In this document: in pieces, positions 7,290 through 14,751 of the stretch
Layout of the letters: each line of letters opens with the position of its first letter
Numbering within the stretch: position 1 is the stretch's first letter
From: a virus
Length of the DNA: 39,498 bases
IMG/VR virus record: IMGVR_UViG_3300035034_001051
Direction: 5' to 3' (one strand)
The notes under the pieces: generated by a model
The model's database searches: none
What the model was told of the DNA's origin: nothing
Seen by the model: the letters and a program-made list of their open reading frames with translations, nothing else
Made by a program: the position numbers and the translations under genes

Positions 7290-9812
7290 TTAAGCGAAGA
7301 ATCTATCAGATTCCCTCAAGGCGTCAACCTGAAGTATACCTTTCTCTGGTAAGTCTGGCAAGTCCTTATGGATTTCTTTGGGTAGCTTTGACTTAATTTG
7401 TAGATAGAAGTTTTCTAGCAGGTCCTCCTTGTGAATCTCTATAGCGGCTTCCTTAAGACATTCTACCATAGTGTCAACATTACTTGCGTGGGTGCCGTAG
7501 CTGTCATGAATCATTGCAAAATCATTAACCCCTTGGGTGTGTGTCTTGTTGATTGATAAGTACATATGTGCTGCATCTATTGCGTGAACAAAGTTTGGGC
7601 AGATTCCGTTAGCCATCTTCTTAATATCTGCGGTTTTCTCTGTCTCATCGTCAGTTACGTTCATCTTAAGGCGCTTTGTTCCTAAACGAACTTTGATATT
7701 CTTTAGTTTTTTCTTTGGGTAATGCTGGTGTACCAGTGAACCTAAGGGATTTACCCATGAAAGACCTTTGCATTCACCTTGTCCATTGTAGTACTCAACG
7801 TAAACCCTCACACACTCCTTGAGGAATTCCATAGCCCCGGCAGCTCTGCCAATAACTGAGTCCATGTTCTCATCAATAATGCGTGCCAGGTACCATGAGT
7901 TATCGAACACTTCACCCTCTGGGCGGTCATCGGATGCCTTAAGTTCCTCCTCAATCTGTTCTTTAAAGCCAAACAAGGAGGCGCTGTATACGCTGGTCAT
8001 AACTGGGCGCTTAGAAATAATTCTGGGAACCCCATGCTTTGCCCATGCTCTTGCAGGTATACTGTCCTTGTCATTCTTTACGATTTCAAGGAGCTTCTCG
8101 GCTGCATAAGTGTAAACATCGTGTCCAGTATCGTTAGGCAAGATACCTACCAGCTTTGCGGTTATCTCATCGCGCATAATCAAGCTGTAATGCTGTAAGC
8201 CATTGCAAGTCCCATCTACCTGCACTGGGACTGTAGTGTAAAATTTAAGACCTAAATTAAAGGCTTTAACTGCTTTGATGAACTCATTTACTGACTGCAA
8301 GAAAAGGAAAGGCTTGTCCGCGTTCACCCATAGATCTGCATTACTCAATGGGTCCGCTTGTAGCTCTTTAAGCATTTCTATATTGTTTATAGTCCACTGG
8401 GCCCTATCATCTAAGGCTAACTTGTCATTACCTGCATAATTTGCAACCTGTACCGCAAGCCACCACATACCATCATCGGTTAGCTCTACTGAGTTAGAGA
8501 ATTTAAGTAAGCCTTTAATATTATCAGAGCCCTGCGGGTTTAGTACTCCTGGTATGGCGTAAAGGCGTAAGCGGTAATCAGCTTGGACCGGGAAGTAAAA
8601 TTCATCGAATTCTGTGTACTCTTGGGCAATACTCACGGCGGTACTTTGACTTATAAACTTGGAAGCTCTCTCTAAATTCTTCTCAAAAATCTCTGTCTTC
8701 TTGATCTTGTAGGATTTAAGTGTCTTAAGGTGATCTTCATTTGTCTTATCGAATTCCTCACCCTCAAGTATCAACGGCCTATGAGGAGCCTCAAGCTCAT
8801 CTGAGGTGTACCATAAAGTTTTACCTTTGGCATTCTTTAAGTCCACCTTAAGGCCACTCAATTTCTTTTGTAAATCAAGAATATATGTATCAACTTGCCA
8901 TGGGGTAGCTTGAACCAAGTTCGCCGCAGCTTGCTCTTGTGAAAAGTTCCGGCTTGCCACGCTCTCATCTGTTGCATGCTTTAAAAAAGGTAGGCGGATT
9001 GTATCATAACCCCCATTATCATACGTTGTCCAAGCTTTAGGCACCTCAATCATGGGGCGGTATTCAACAACTGTTTTAGCCACTTCTTGTGTGATTTTCT
9101 TTAGCCAGTTCCGGCAATCCTCAGAGATTTTAAAGGTTGTCTTGTTTCGCTTTAGCTTTCTATTGTAGATTGTTTCAACTTCAATATCATCGCCAAGTAT
9201 CTCAATGATAAACTCAGACAAGATAAATCCTACGCTTTTCTTGTTAGCTTTTGTCCAACCATTGAACGTTATTGTTCCGTCTTTTTCGTCTGCTTTGTTC
9301 ATCTGCCAGATCAATGACCTGCGGGCGTGAGTGTACCGGCTCTGGTGGTCCTCAAAATCTTTGAGCTTGTATTTAAACCAGGTTGCCTTATTAACCTGAA
9401 GCACTGAAAAGCGGGCCTCATCCTCAAGGGCTTTACCTAAAGTAGAACTTAAAAATTCCCTTGAAATTTGGGGCTCCTTAAGGAGTAAATCCATAAAAGC
9501 TGTTAAAGCGCTTAGACATACCCGTGGATAATCAATAGGCAGCTCATGTATTTCTTTGTCTTTGCGTACCTTCACCACCTGCCCAATGAATGACCCGGCC
9601 AACGCTTGGACTCCGGGCTTTCCCCTTCGGGACTCTTCAAGGAATCCCCGGAGCTTTTCCTCAAGTCCCTCCATAGCCGCATGAACTAAGGTACCGGCGC
9701 TTGTGGTACCTGAACCGTCCCCGCGCTCCCTTTGCTCTTCTTGAGCGCGTAAGTACTTAGCCGCGCCGCTCTCTCTCATGTTTTCTTCAAGTTGTTTATT
9801 TGATATTGACAT
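7290..9812 (-). CDS. Single-subunit DNA-directed RNA polymerase (T7 gp1-like, 840 aa)
   Basis: Motifs VDGTCNGLQHYS and MIHDSYGTH, and a C-terminus ...DRFFA (T7 ends ...FAFA). Size and position are typical. Confidence 0.95.
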   Translation of the reverse strand: MSISNKQLEENMRESGAAKYLRAQEEQRERGDGSGTTSAGTLVHAAMEGLEEKLRGFLEESRRGKPGVQALAGSFIGQVVKVRKDKEIHELPIDYPRVCLSALTAFMDLLLKEPQISREFLSSTLGKALEDEARFSVLQVNKATWFKYKLKDFEDHQSRYTHARRSLIWQMNKADEKDGTITFNGWTKANKKSVGFILSEFIIEILGDDIEVETIYNRKLKRNKTTFKISEDCRNWLKKITQEVAKTVVEYRPMIEVPKAWTTYDNGGYDTIRLPFLKHATDESVASRNFSQEQAAANLVQATPWQVDTYILDLQKKLSGLKVDLKNAKGKTLWYTSDELEAPHRPLILEGEEFDKTNEDHLKTLKSYKIKKTEIFEKNLERASKFISQSTAVSIAQEYTEFDEFYFPVQADYRLRLYAIPGVLNPQGSDNIKGLLKFSNSVELTDDGMWWLAVQVANYAGNDKLALDDRAQWTINNIEMLKELQADPLSNADLWVNADKPFLFLQSVNEFIKAVKAFNLGLKFYTTVPVQVDGTCNGLQHYSLIMRDEITAKLVGILPNDTGHDVYTYAAEKLLEIVKNDKDSIPARAWAKHGVPRIISKRPVMTSVYSASLFGFKEQIEEELKASDDRPEGEVFDNSWYLARIIDENMDSVIGRAAGAMEFLKECVRVYVEYYNGQGECKGLSWVNPLGSLVHQHYPKKKLKNIKVRLGTKRLKMNVTDDETEKTADIKKMANGICPNFVHAIDAAHMYLSINKTHTQGVNDFAMIHDSYGTHASNVDTMVECLKEAAIEIHKEDLLENFYLQIKSKLPKEIHKDLPDLPEKGILQVDALRESDRFFA

Positions 9813-9847
9813 TTTAATTACCTTTTTGGGTTACTTAGGGTATCACT

Positions 9848-9866
9848 AAAGGCCCCTCTAGAGGCC
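9848..9866 (-). other. GC-rich hairpin upstream of the RNAP gene (possible attenuator or processing site)
   Basis: Minus strand reads GGCCUC-UAGA-GGGGCC followed by UUU. The short U tract makes terminator function uncertain. Confidence 0.35.
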
Positions 9867-9878
9867 CTTAAGGTTATC

Positions 9879-10067
9879 CTATGCATTTACACTTGCGTTA
9901 TCTATGTTAAGGCTGTCCAATAGATCCTCAAGGTACCAGGCCGCCGCGTTGTTGCTTGTGTAATACTTGATGAAGCCCGCCTCTTCCTTTAGTTCAATAA
10001 GAACTCTATGGGCCTTGGATGCCTTGTCTTTAAGATTCTTCGCGGTGTTCATTGATAGATTTTTCAT
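9879..10067 (-). CDS. Early hypothetical protein (62 aa)
   Basis: ATG start, coding strand, between the early promoters and the RNAP gene. Confidence 0.55.
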   Translation of the reverse strand: MKNLSMNTAKNLKDKASKAHRVLIELKEEAGFIKYYTSNNAAAWYLEDLLDSLNIDNASVNA

Positions 10068-10122
10068 TGTTATTACTCTCTTTATTTTGAGGGCTTCGCC
10101 TTATTGCTAACCCTGTATCTTA

Positions 10123-10150
10123 ATACTACCATATTGATTTTAGAATTCAA
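10123..10150 (-). promoter_or_regulatory. Candidate sigma70 promoter (TTGAAT-N16-TAGTAT with a TGn extension)
   Basis: Read on the minus strand upstream of the 62-aa gene. The -35 overlaps the stop of the preceding ORF. Confidence 0.35.
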
Positions 10151-10473
10151 GCCTTACTTTTAAATAATTTAATCTTTTTTAATATTATTTTTTCAAGCTC
10201 TTTAAATTTATCATTTATAGCAAAATCTTTAAGTTCCTCCCTGGTAAGCTCAAGGCTAACCCCACGCCCCCAAGTTTTTCTAAAGTAAAACATAAAGACA
10301 ACTTTAGCCCCTCCTATAGAGTCAGCTTTACCCTCATACCCGGCGTAACCCTCCAACCAATTTACACTGTACCCCTTGCCGTTCATGGTTTGCCTTATAG
10401 CTTCCTCAAGCCATAGCCCGGCGCTTCCTATGGCTTCAAGGTCATTCTTATGGATTTCTATTTTATTATTCAT
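10147..10473 (-). CDS. Early hypothetical protein (108 aa)
   Basis: ATG start, coding strand. No motif recognised. Confidence 0.6.
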   Translation of the reverse strand: MNNKIEIHKNDLEAIGSAGLWLEEAIRQTMNGKGYSVNWLEGYAGYEGKADSIGGAKVVFMFYFRKTWGRGVSLELTREELKDFAINDKFKELEKIILKKIKLFKSKA

Positions 10474-10547
10474 TATTTATTCTCTATTTAGGTTGATACA
10501 AAAGCGTATCCAAAAAGGGCCGGAGGCCAGCCCCTTAAAGTTAAGCT

Positions 10548-10865
10548 TTAAAACCCATAAAATCCTTGAGTTAATAGCTTATCGTAATATTCTTGTTGGT
10601 GCATTGTCTTCTTAAAGATAGCCTTAACAACTTTAGCCCCAAGGCATTTTTTAACCTCCAAGCTACTTACTATAGTAGGCTGCCCGCTTTCGTTATAATA
10701 TAGCTCAACTATAGCGTTTAAATCCGGAGTATCTCCAAAGTTGAATTCAAGCTCAACATTTAAAATTATTTTTTTGTTTTTCTTGTATAACTCACGTGGT
10801 GAGGGACCTTTACATACATCAACAAACACGCTTGTTATATCTTTTTTATTGGCTAGATTTTTCAT
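10548..10865 (-). CDS. Early hypothetical protein (105 aa)
   Basis: ATG preceded by the conserved leader AAATTAAAAGGTAATAAAA. Confidence 0.6.
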   Translation of the reverse strand: MKNLANKKDITSVFVDVCKGPSPRELYKKNKKIILNVELEFNFGDTPDLNAIVELYYNESGQPTIVSSLEVKKCLGAKVVKAIFKKTMHQQEYYDKLLTQGFYGF

Positions 10866-10934
10866 TTTTATTACCTTTTAATTTAGATTTTTGATTTTTT
10901 GCGGTTCTTTAAGGCTTCCCGCTTTCCTATTTTT

Positions 10935-10963
10935 ATAATCTCACACCTGGGGTAGCTTGTCAA
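10935..10963 (-). promoter_or_regulatory. Candidate sigma70 early promoter (TTGACA-N17-GATTAT, with TGA directly upstream of the -10)
   Basis: Perfect -35 hexamer tgtcaa (plus 10958..10963), 17-nt spacer, -10 ataatc (plus 10935..10940). Intergenic between the first two early genes. Confidence 0.5.
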
Positions 10964-10968
10964 GCATT

Positions 10969-11235
10969 CTAGATTTTATCATCTATATCGTCAAAGTTTA
11001 AAACAAGTGGAGGTTCTTGCGCAAATTCGTAAGCTTCCACCAGCTCCTCAACCAGATCGTTACTATAGCCACCTTGGAAAACTGAATAAATAATTTCATT
11101 AGTGGCCGCATCGTAAAAATTGATAATGTCTCCGTCCTTATACGTAATAGCCGCTCCTACAATATACGACGCTTGTGCAGCTGCCAAATTTGCCAAAACA
11201 TTACAATAGTTAGTGTGTATTTTTAAATGATTCAT
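10969..11235 (-). CDS. First early protein (88 aa), acidic C-terminal half
   Basis: Occupies the position of T7 gene 0.3. The tail is rich in D/E (...LVEELVEAYEFAQEPPLVLNFDDIDDKI). The leader AATTAAAAGGTAATAAAAA precedes the ATG. Confidence 0.6.
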   Translation of the reverse strand: MNHLKIHTNYCNVLANLAAAQASYIVGAAITYKDGDIINFYDAATNEIIYSVFQGGYSNDLVEELVEAYEFAQEPPLVLNFDDIDDKI

Positions 11236-11292
11236 TTTTTATTACCTTTTAATTTAAATTTAATGGCTGCTGAAGTGCGTTGCCATGATTAA

Positions 11293-11321
11293 ACTATCTC
11301 ATGATTTGATATTGAGTGCAA
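11293..11321 (-). promoter_or_regulatory. Candidate sigma70 early promoter (TTGCAC-N17-GATAGT, with TGA directly upstream of the -10)
   Basis: Same TGAGAT-type -10 architecture as the 10935 candidate. About 60 nt upstream of the first early gene. Confidence 0.4.
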
Positions 11322-11444
11322 GTAAAAAACTAAAATAATTTAAGGTATAACTAAAAGTAATTTAGTGTCCACCTCTGGAGCCCTTGAGGCCCAAGGGATT
11401 AAGGTAATAAAAATATTTTAAATTAAATTAAGTAATTACCTTGG

Positions 11445-11549
11445 GCGTACCTATAGGCGCTTATAGGAGTGTACCCGTAGGCGTACCCATGGGCGCGTAA
11501 GGCGTACATATAGGCGTACATATAGGCGTACCTATAGGCGCTTACAGAT
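11445..11549. repeat. Array of about nine 12-bp-periodic units related to GCGTAC(C/A)TATAG
   Basis: Units were read consecutively. gcgtacctatag occurs at 11445 and 11526, and gcgtacatatag at 11502 and 11514. Diverged units lie between them. The array is flanked by the near-identical 22-mers gcgtacctataggcgcttatag and gcgtacctataggcgcttacag. Confidence 0.85.
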
Positions 11550-11602
11550 ACACCCACAAGCACACCAAAGGTTAACCTTGTTCCCTTTTGGTACGCCCAA
11601 AG

Positions 11603-11685
11603 TTATCCACAGGCCTCAGGTTCTACCTATACAAATCTTGTGGTTCTACCTATACAAAACCAAGGTTATACACAGGTTATCCACA
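11603..11685 (+). promoter_or_regulatory. Three DnaA-box 9-mers (two TTATCCACA, one TTATACACA) on the plus strand
   Basis: ttatccaca at 11603..11611 and 11677..11685, and ttatacaca at 11666..11674. They bracket the 17-bp direct repeats. Confidence 0.65.
11619..11658. repeat. Two exact 17-bp direct repeats ggttctacctatacaaa, 23 bp apart
   Basis: Copies at 11619..11635 and 11642..11658, located between the DnaA boxes. Confidence 0.9.
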
Positions 11686-11734
11686 GGGCCCAGGGGGGGT
11701 TTTTCGCGCGCAGGGGTCCTGAAATACCTCCACG

Positions 11735-11763
11735 AATATCTATGGTATTTTTGAGGTCGTCAA
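11735..11763 (-). promoter_or_regulatory. Candidate sigma70 early promoter (TTGACG-N17-GATATT)
   Basis: Read on the minus strand, downstream of the left-end phage promoter. Its position is analogous to the T7 A promoters. Confidence 0.35.
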
Positions 11764-11842
11764 CCTTAAAGGGTTGCTTCGAGTATCTGAGGGTAATACC
11801 AGAGGTAAGGGTATGGGTATACTTCGGGTATTCCTAAAGACA

Positions 11843-11870
11843 GGGGTTTCTCTAATAGTGGTCCCCATTA
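11843..11870 (-). promoter_or_regulatory. Phage RNAP promoter (family member e; analogous in position to T7 phiOL)
   Basis: Minus strand reads TAATGGGGACCACTATTAGAGAAACCCC. It lies in the non-coding genome-end region and points toward the early genes. Confidence 0.7.
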
Positions 11871-11875
11871 CTGGG

Positions 11876-11895
11876 TTTACTAGTGGTCCCCAAAG
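11876..11895 (-). promoter_or_regulatory. Partial promoter-like element (family member f)
   Basis: Minus strand reads CTTTGGGGACCACTAGTAAA. It shares only the GGGGACCAC core. Confidence 0.3.
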
Positions 11896-12105
11896 AAATC
11901 TACAATAAGCAAAGGCTCTCCAGGTTAGTGAACACTAACATTAAACTTACATAATCTTTACAAACTATGTGCAAAAGTTAGTGGACACTTACACGTCACA
12001 GTGTTAAAATAAAACCTCAAAGAGCCCCTTAAGGAAGACCCAAAGGAACTACAAGGAATTTAAGGGACCCAAAGAAAAGATATTATTTTATTAAAGACAC
12101 TTAAC

Positions 12106-12157
12106 CCAAAGCCCCTAAAGGTACTTTAAGTATACCTAAAGGGGCTTTGGTCTTTTT
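12106..12157 (+). terminator. Long imperfect hairpin with a plus-strand T-tract, facing the 3' end of the large terminase gene
   Basis: ccaaagcccc (12106..12115) pairs with ggggctttgg (12141..12150), with an inner aggta/tacct stem. It is followed by tcttttt on the plus strand only. Confidence 0.45.
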
Positions 12158-12162
12158 GTAGA

Positions 12163-13995
12163 TTATCTTTTCTTAAAGAAGCTGGGATGCTTTGGTCTTG
12201 AAGGTCCTCTGGATACTCCGCCTCTAAGTTGTCCTTTAGATGCTCTACGCTTGAAGTCCTTTATCTGTTTACTCATGTCAGCTTCGTCTTGGTCAATTGC
12301 CAGGTTCCCTTGAAGCTTCCTAACTGCAAGTTCCAGTACGTCCAGCCTGTCATCATGCCCTAAGCTTTGCTTCTCCCTGGTTATCCTTGCCATCTGGTAG
12401 ATGAGCCTATAGGAGCCTTGCTCAGCTTCTGGGGCTTGTGCAGGTACATTATCATAGTCTCTTTGGATAACTCCCTCATTGACAATAAGTTTACGTCGAT
12501 TAAGAACAGGCTCCAGGGTTTCTATAATACGAACTTCCTTTTGTCCAGTAGCTCTTTCTTCAGTCACAGGGCAAGGGTAAGTTGCTTTAAGGAAGGGAGA
12601 GAACAAGTCTGCAAACATACCATCACCAAAGTTTCTTTCAATGTAGATTTCGTTTACAGCGTATTCCTTAGCCTTGTCGGCCAGTGCTTGAAGTACATTA
12701 TCTGAATAACCCTTTGAGTAACCTCCCATCCCTCCTAGGTCTAGAAGGCAGTAGTTACCATTAAGGGCTGCCACAATCGCATAGGCGGTTTCATCGGCAC
12801 CAGAACCAGAACTATCAATCGCCATGATAATACTCTCATATTCATACAGGTCCTCTGAAGTCCATGAGGGTCTATAGAAGACGTCTCCAGGTAATCCTAC
12901 GCAAGGTAGATGCTTAAGTTCATAAGGAGGCATGTTCTCTGTAAGGTACCTACCTCTAGCTCTCTTGTAGTCCAGGTCAGCAACGATAAGATCCTTAACC
13001 TTGAGGGGGTATTTATCAACGTTTTGTAGGCTAACGTCCAGCATGAACTGCTTAGCAAAGCCAGCCGATCCTTCAGTAAGTCTTTTCTTTAGGAAATGCT
13101 TTTCACTGAACCGATCAGGGTCTGTAATCTCACCTTCATCGAAGCTTGGACCATGGCCTGTAGCAAGTCTAGGGTTCTTCTCTAAGTCATCAAGTAGCAT
13201 AGGGGCTACCAGCCTACCTATAGTCTTCATAAAGGACTTATTAGGGTATCTTGCAGGCCAAATACGGAAGGTATAACCTTGAGTCATCTTGTGGTAGTAC
13301 AAAGACTCCTCAGTATGAGGGGTTCCAAGGTACATTACAAAAGGTTTAAAGTCTTTAATGATATTTGTAGACTGTGAATCGTGAATAAGGTTGTGAACCT
13401 CAGCATCTCTGGACCTTAATGAATCCCTTTTAGTGGCAGTACCACAGTTATTAGGGACCTCAATGTCGTCCATAAGGATAATATGAGCACGCCCGCCTGT
13501 AACGTTGCCTGAAATAGGGCTTGCAGTGAAGGTTGCTGTCTTACCACCAAGTGCCCCATAAACGTTAAATGAACGTGCATTATCAAGCAGGGTATGGTGC
13601 CCAAGGTTATGCTTTGGATGCAAGTGCTCAAGCTCTTCACACTCTTCATACCACATACGGCACTCAGAGGCTAGCTCTTTAGCAGTCTTGTCGTCACCTG
13701 ATAGTACCCTTATAGTTATCCTTGGGTCTCTTAAGGTCCACCATACGCAGTACGCAGAGGCTATAGTAGTCTTTGCAGCATTACGGAAGGCCATTACACC
13801 CCTATCTTCTGGGCCTTCAGCCATCCACTTTGCAATATCCATCTGGATTCGTGTAGGAGGAACACCAAAGCGTTTCTTGAATAGTACGTATATGAAGTTC
13901 TCAAAGGATACTAGAAGGGCAAAGGTATACTCATCAACCTCCTTATCGTTCCAATAGGTTAGATGCTCAATTTCTTTTATGTCTTTTCCTAGCAT
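12163..13995 (-). CDS. Terminase large subunit (T7 gp19-like, 610 aa)
   Basis: ATPase Walker-B-like HIILMDDIE. Nuclease motif MAIDSSGSGADETAYAIV. Last gene before the non-coding genome-end region. The size is similar to T7 gp19. Confidence 0.88.
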   Translation of the reverse strand: MLGKDIKEIEHLTYWNDKEVDEYTFALLVSFENFIYVLFKKRFGVPPTRIQMDIAKWMAEGPEDRGVMAFRNAAKTTIASAYCVWWTLRDPRITIRVLSGDDKTAKELASECRMWYEECEELEHLHPKHNLGHHTLLDNARSFNVYGALGGKTATFTASPISGNVTGGRAHIILMDDIEVPNNCGTATKRDSLRSRDAEVHNLIHDSQSTNIIKDFKPFVMYLGTPHTEESLYYHKMTQGYTFRIWPARYPNKSFMKTIGRLVAPMLLDDLEKNPRLATGHGPSFDEGEITDPDRFSEKHFLKKRLTEGSAGFAKQFMLDVSLQNVDKYPLKVKDLIVADLDYKRARGRYLTENMPPYELKHLPCVGLPGDVFYRPSWTSEDLYEYESIIMAIDSSGSGADETAYAIVAALNGNYCLLDLGGMGGYSKGYSDNVLQALADKAKEYAVNEIYIERNFGDGMFADLFSPFLKATYPCPVTEERATGQKEVRIIETLEPVLNRRKLIVNEGVIQRDYDNVPAQAPEAEQGSYRLIYQMARITREKQSLGHDDRLDVLELAVRKLQGNLAIDQDEADMSKQIKDFKRRASKGQLRGGVSRGPSRPKHPSFFKKR

Positions 13996-14000
13996 CTCTC

Positions 14001-14129
14001 TTATACCTCTTCCACATCATATAAATCTTTATCCCAATAACAAGGAGAAGTATTAACAGCATCTTCCCTTTCAGGTAGTTCATCTTCAATCTCTTCAATA
14101 ACTCGAATAACATCAATGTAATCTTCCAT
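14001..14129 (-). CDS. Small acidic hypothetical protein (42 aa), not in the ORF track
   Basis: Hand translation: MEDYIDVIRVIEEIEDELPEREDAVNTSPCYWDKDLYDVEEV. TAATG overlap with the upstream lipoprotein gene. Ends 5 nt before the terminase ATG. Confidence 0.4.
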   Translation of the reverse strand: MEDYIDVIRVIEEIEDELPEREDAVNTSPCYWDKDLYDVEEV

Positions 14130-14323
14130 TATGTGCAATCCTCCAGGTCTTCAATGTATATGAGTAGCTCTTCAAGCTGCTTTGAGGTAAGGTTAACACC
14201 ATCCTCAGTTCTCTCTATATTATTCCAAGTAGGCTTAGTTGCCAAACAAGGTTCAGTGTCCATGGGCTTAAGCATAGAGCACCCTGACAAAGTAGCCACC
14301 ATAAGTAATGTAAGTAATCTCAT
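14129..14323 (-). CDS. Lipoprotein (64 aa), o-spanin candidate
   Basis: Signal peptide plus lipobox MRLLTLLMVATLSG|C. The ATG at 14323 overlaps the deformylase stop as TAATG. The track start at 14332 is a GTG. Confidence 0.6.
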   Translation of the reverse strand: MRLLTLLMVATLSGCSMLKPMDTEPCLATKPTWNNIERTEDGVNLTSKQLEELLIYIEDLEDCT

Positions 14324-14751
14324 TATAGCCACCTGTCTATTAAGAGTCCATCTAAATGATCACACTCATGCTGCACACAAAAGGCTTCAGTGGTCTGTAG
14401 GTTGTGTGAAACCTGCTTACCATACATAGTCTGATAGGTTACCTTAACCTTTGGGAACCTAGGAACCTCAGCAACTACTCCAGGTACAGAGAAGCACCCC
14501 TCAAAGGACTTAACCTTAATGTTGTTCATACTAGTATACGTAGGATTTACCATAATGGTCAGCTTCCCAAGAACCTTAGCACAAATAACCCGGACGTTGG
14601 TTCCTACTTGAGGAGCTGCCATGCCCAGGCCACTTTTTTGCTTAGTCTTCTTTAAGAGTTTTTTGCAGAAGTCTTGGAGTTCCTTGTCAAAGGTTTCCAC
14701 AGGGGACGAAGATTTACTTAGGCTCTTCTCTGGTTTCGTTAGAATCTTCAT
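14323..14751 (-). CDS. def: Peptide deformylase, minimal phage type (about 142 aa)
   Basis: All three PDF motifs are present: GLGMAAPQVG, EGCFSVPG and QHECDHLDG. The protein ends only 8 residues after the HExxH motif. The start was chosen at MKILTKPE...; upstream ATGs at 14772 and 14874 are possible. Confidence 0.85.
   Translation of the reverse strand: MKILTKPEKSLSKSSSPVETFDKELQDFCKKLLKKTKQKSGLGMAAPQVGTNVRVICAKVLGKLTIMVNPTYTSMNNIKVKSFEGCFSVPGVVAEVPRFPKVKVTYQTMYGKQVSHNLQTTEAFCVQHECDHLDGLLIDRWL

Noticed and set aside
9534-9542. Additional 8/9 DnaA-box-like matches (cgtggataa at about 9534 in the RNAP gene; ttatccacc at about 39364 in the intron)
   Set aside because: These are single imperfect matches inside a coding region and an intron, and are expected by chance. 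Only the clustered perfect boxes in control regions are reported.
10521-10543. Hairpin GGCC-UCC-GGCC followed by CUUUUU after the 105-aa early gene as an intrinsic terminator
   Set aside because: The stem is only 4 bp with a 3-nt loop, which is too weak to call without data.
11640-11837. 65-aa plus-strand ORF in the genome-end non-coding region
   Set aside because: It has the opposite orientation to every real gene, spans DnaA boxes, repeats and promoter candidates, and has a Gly/Arg/Pro-rich, improbable sequence.
11236-12162. A possible tRNA or small RNA gene in the long non-coding region
   Set aside because: No cloverleaf-compatible arms or T-loop (GGTTCGAAT-like) motif were seen by eye. 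The region is better explained by promoters, repeats and genome ends.
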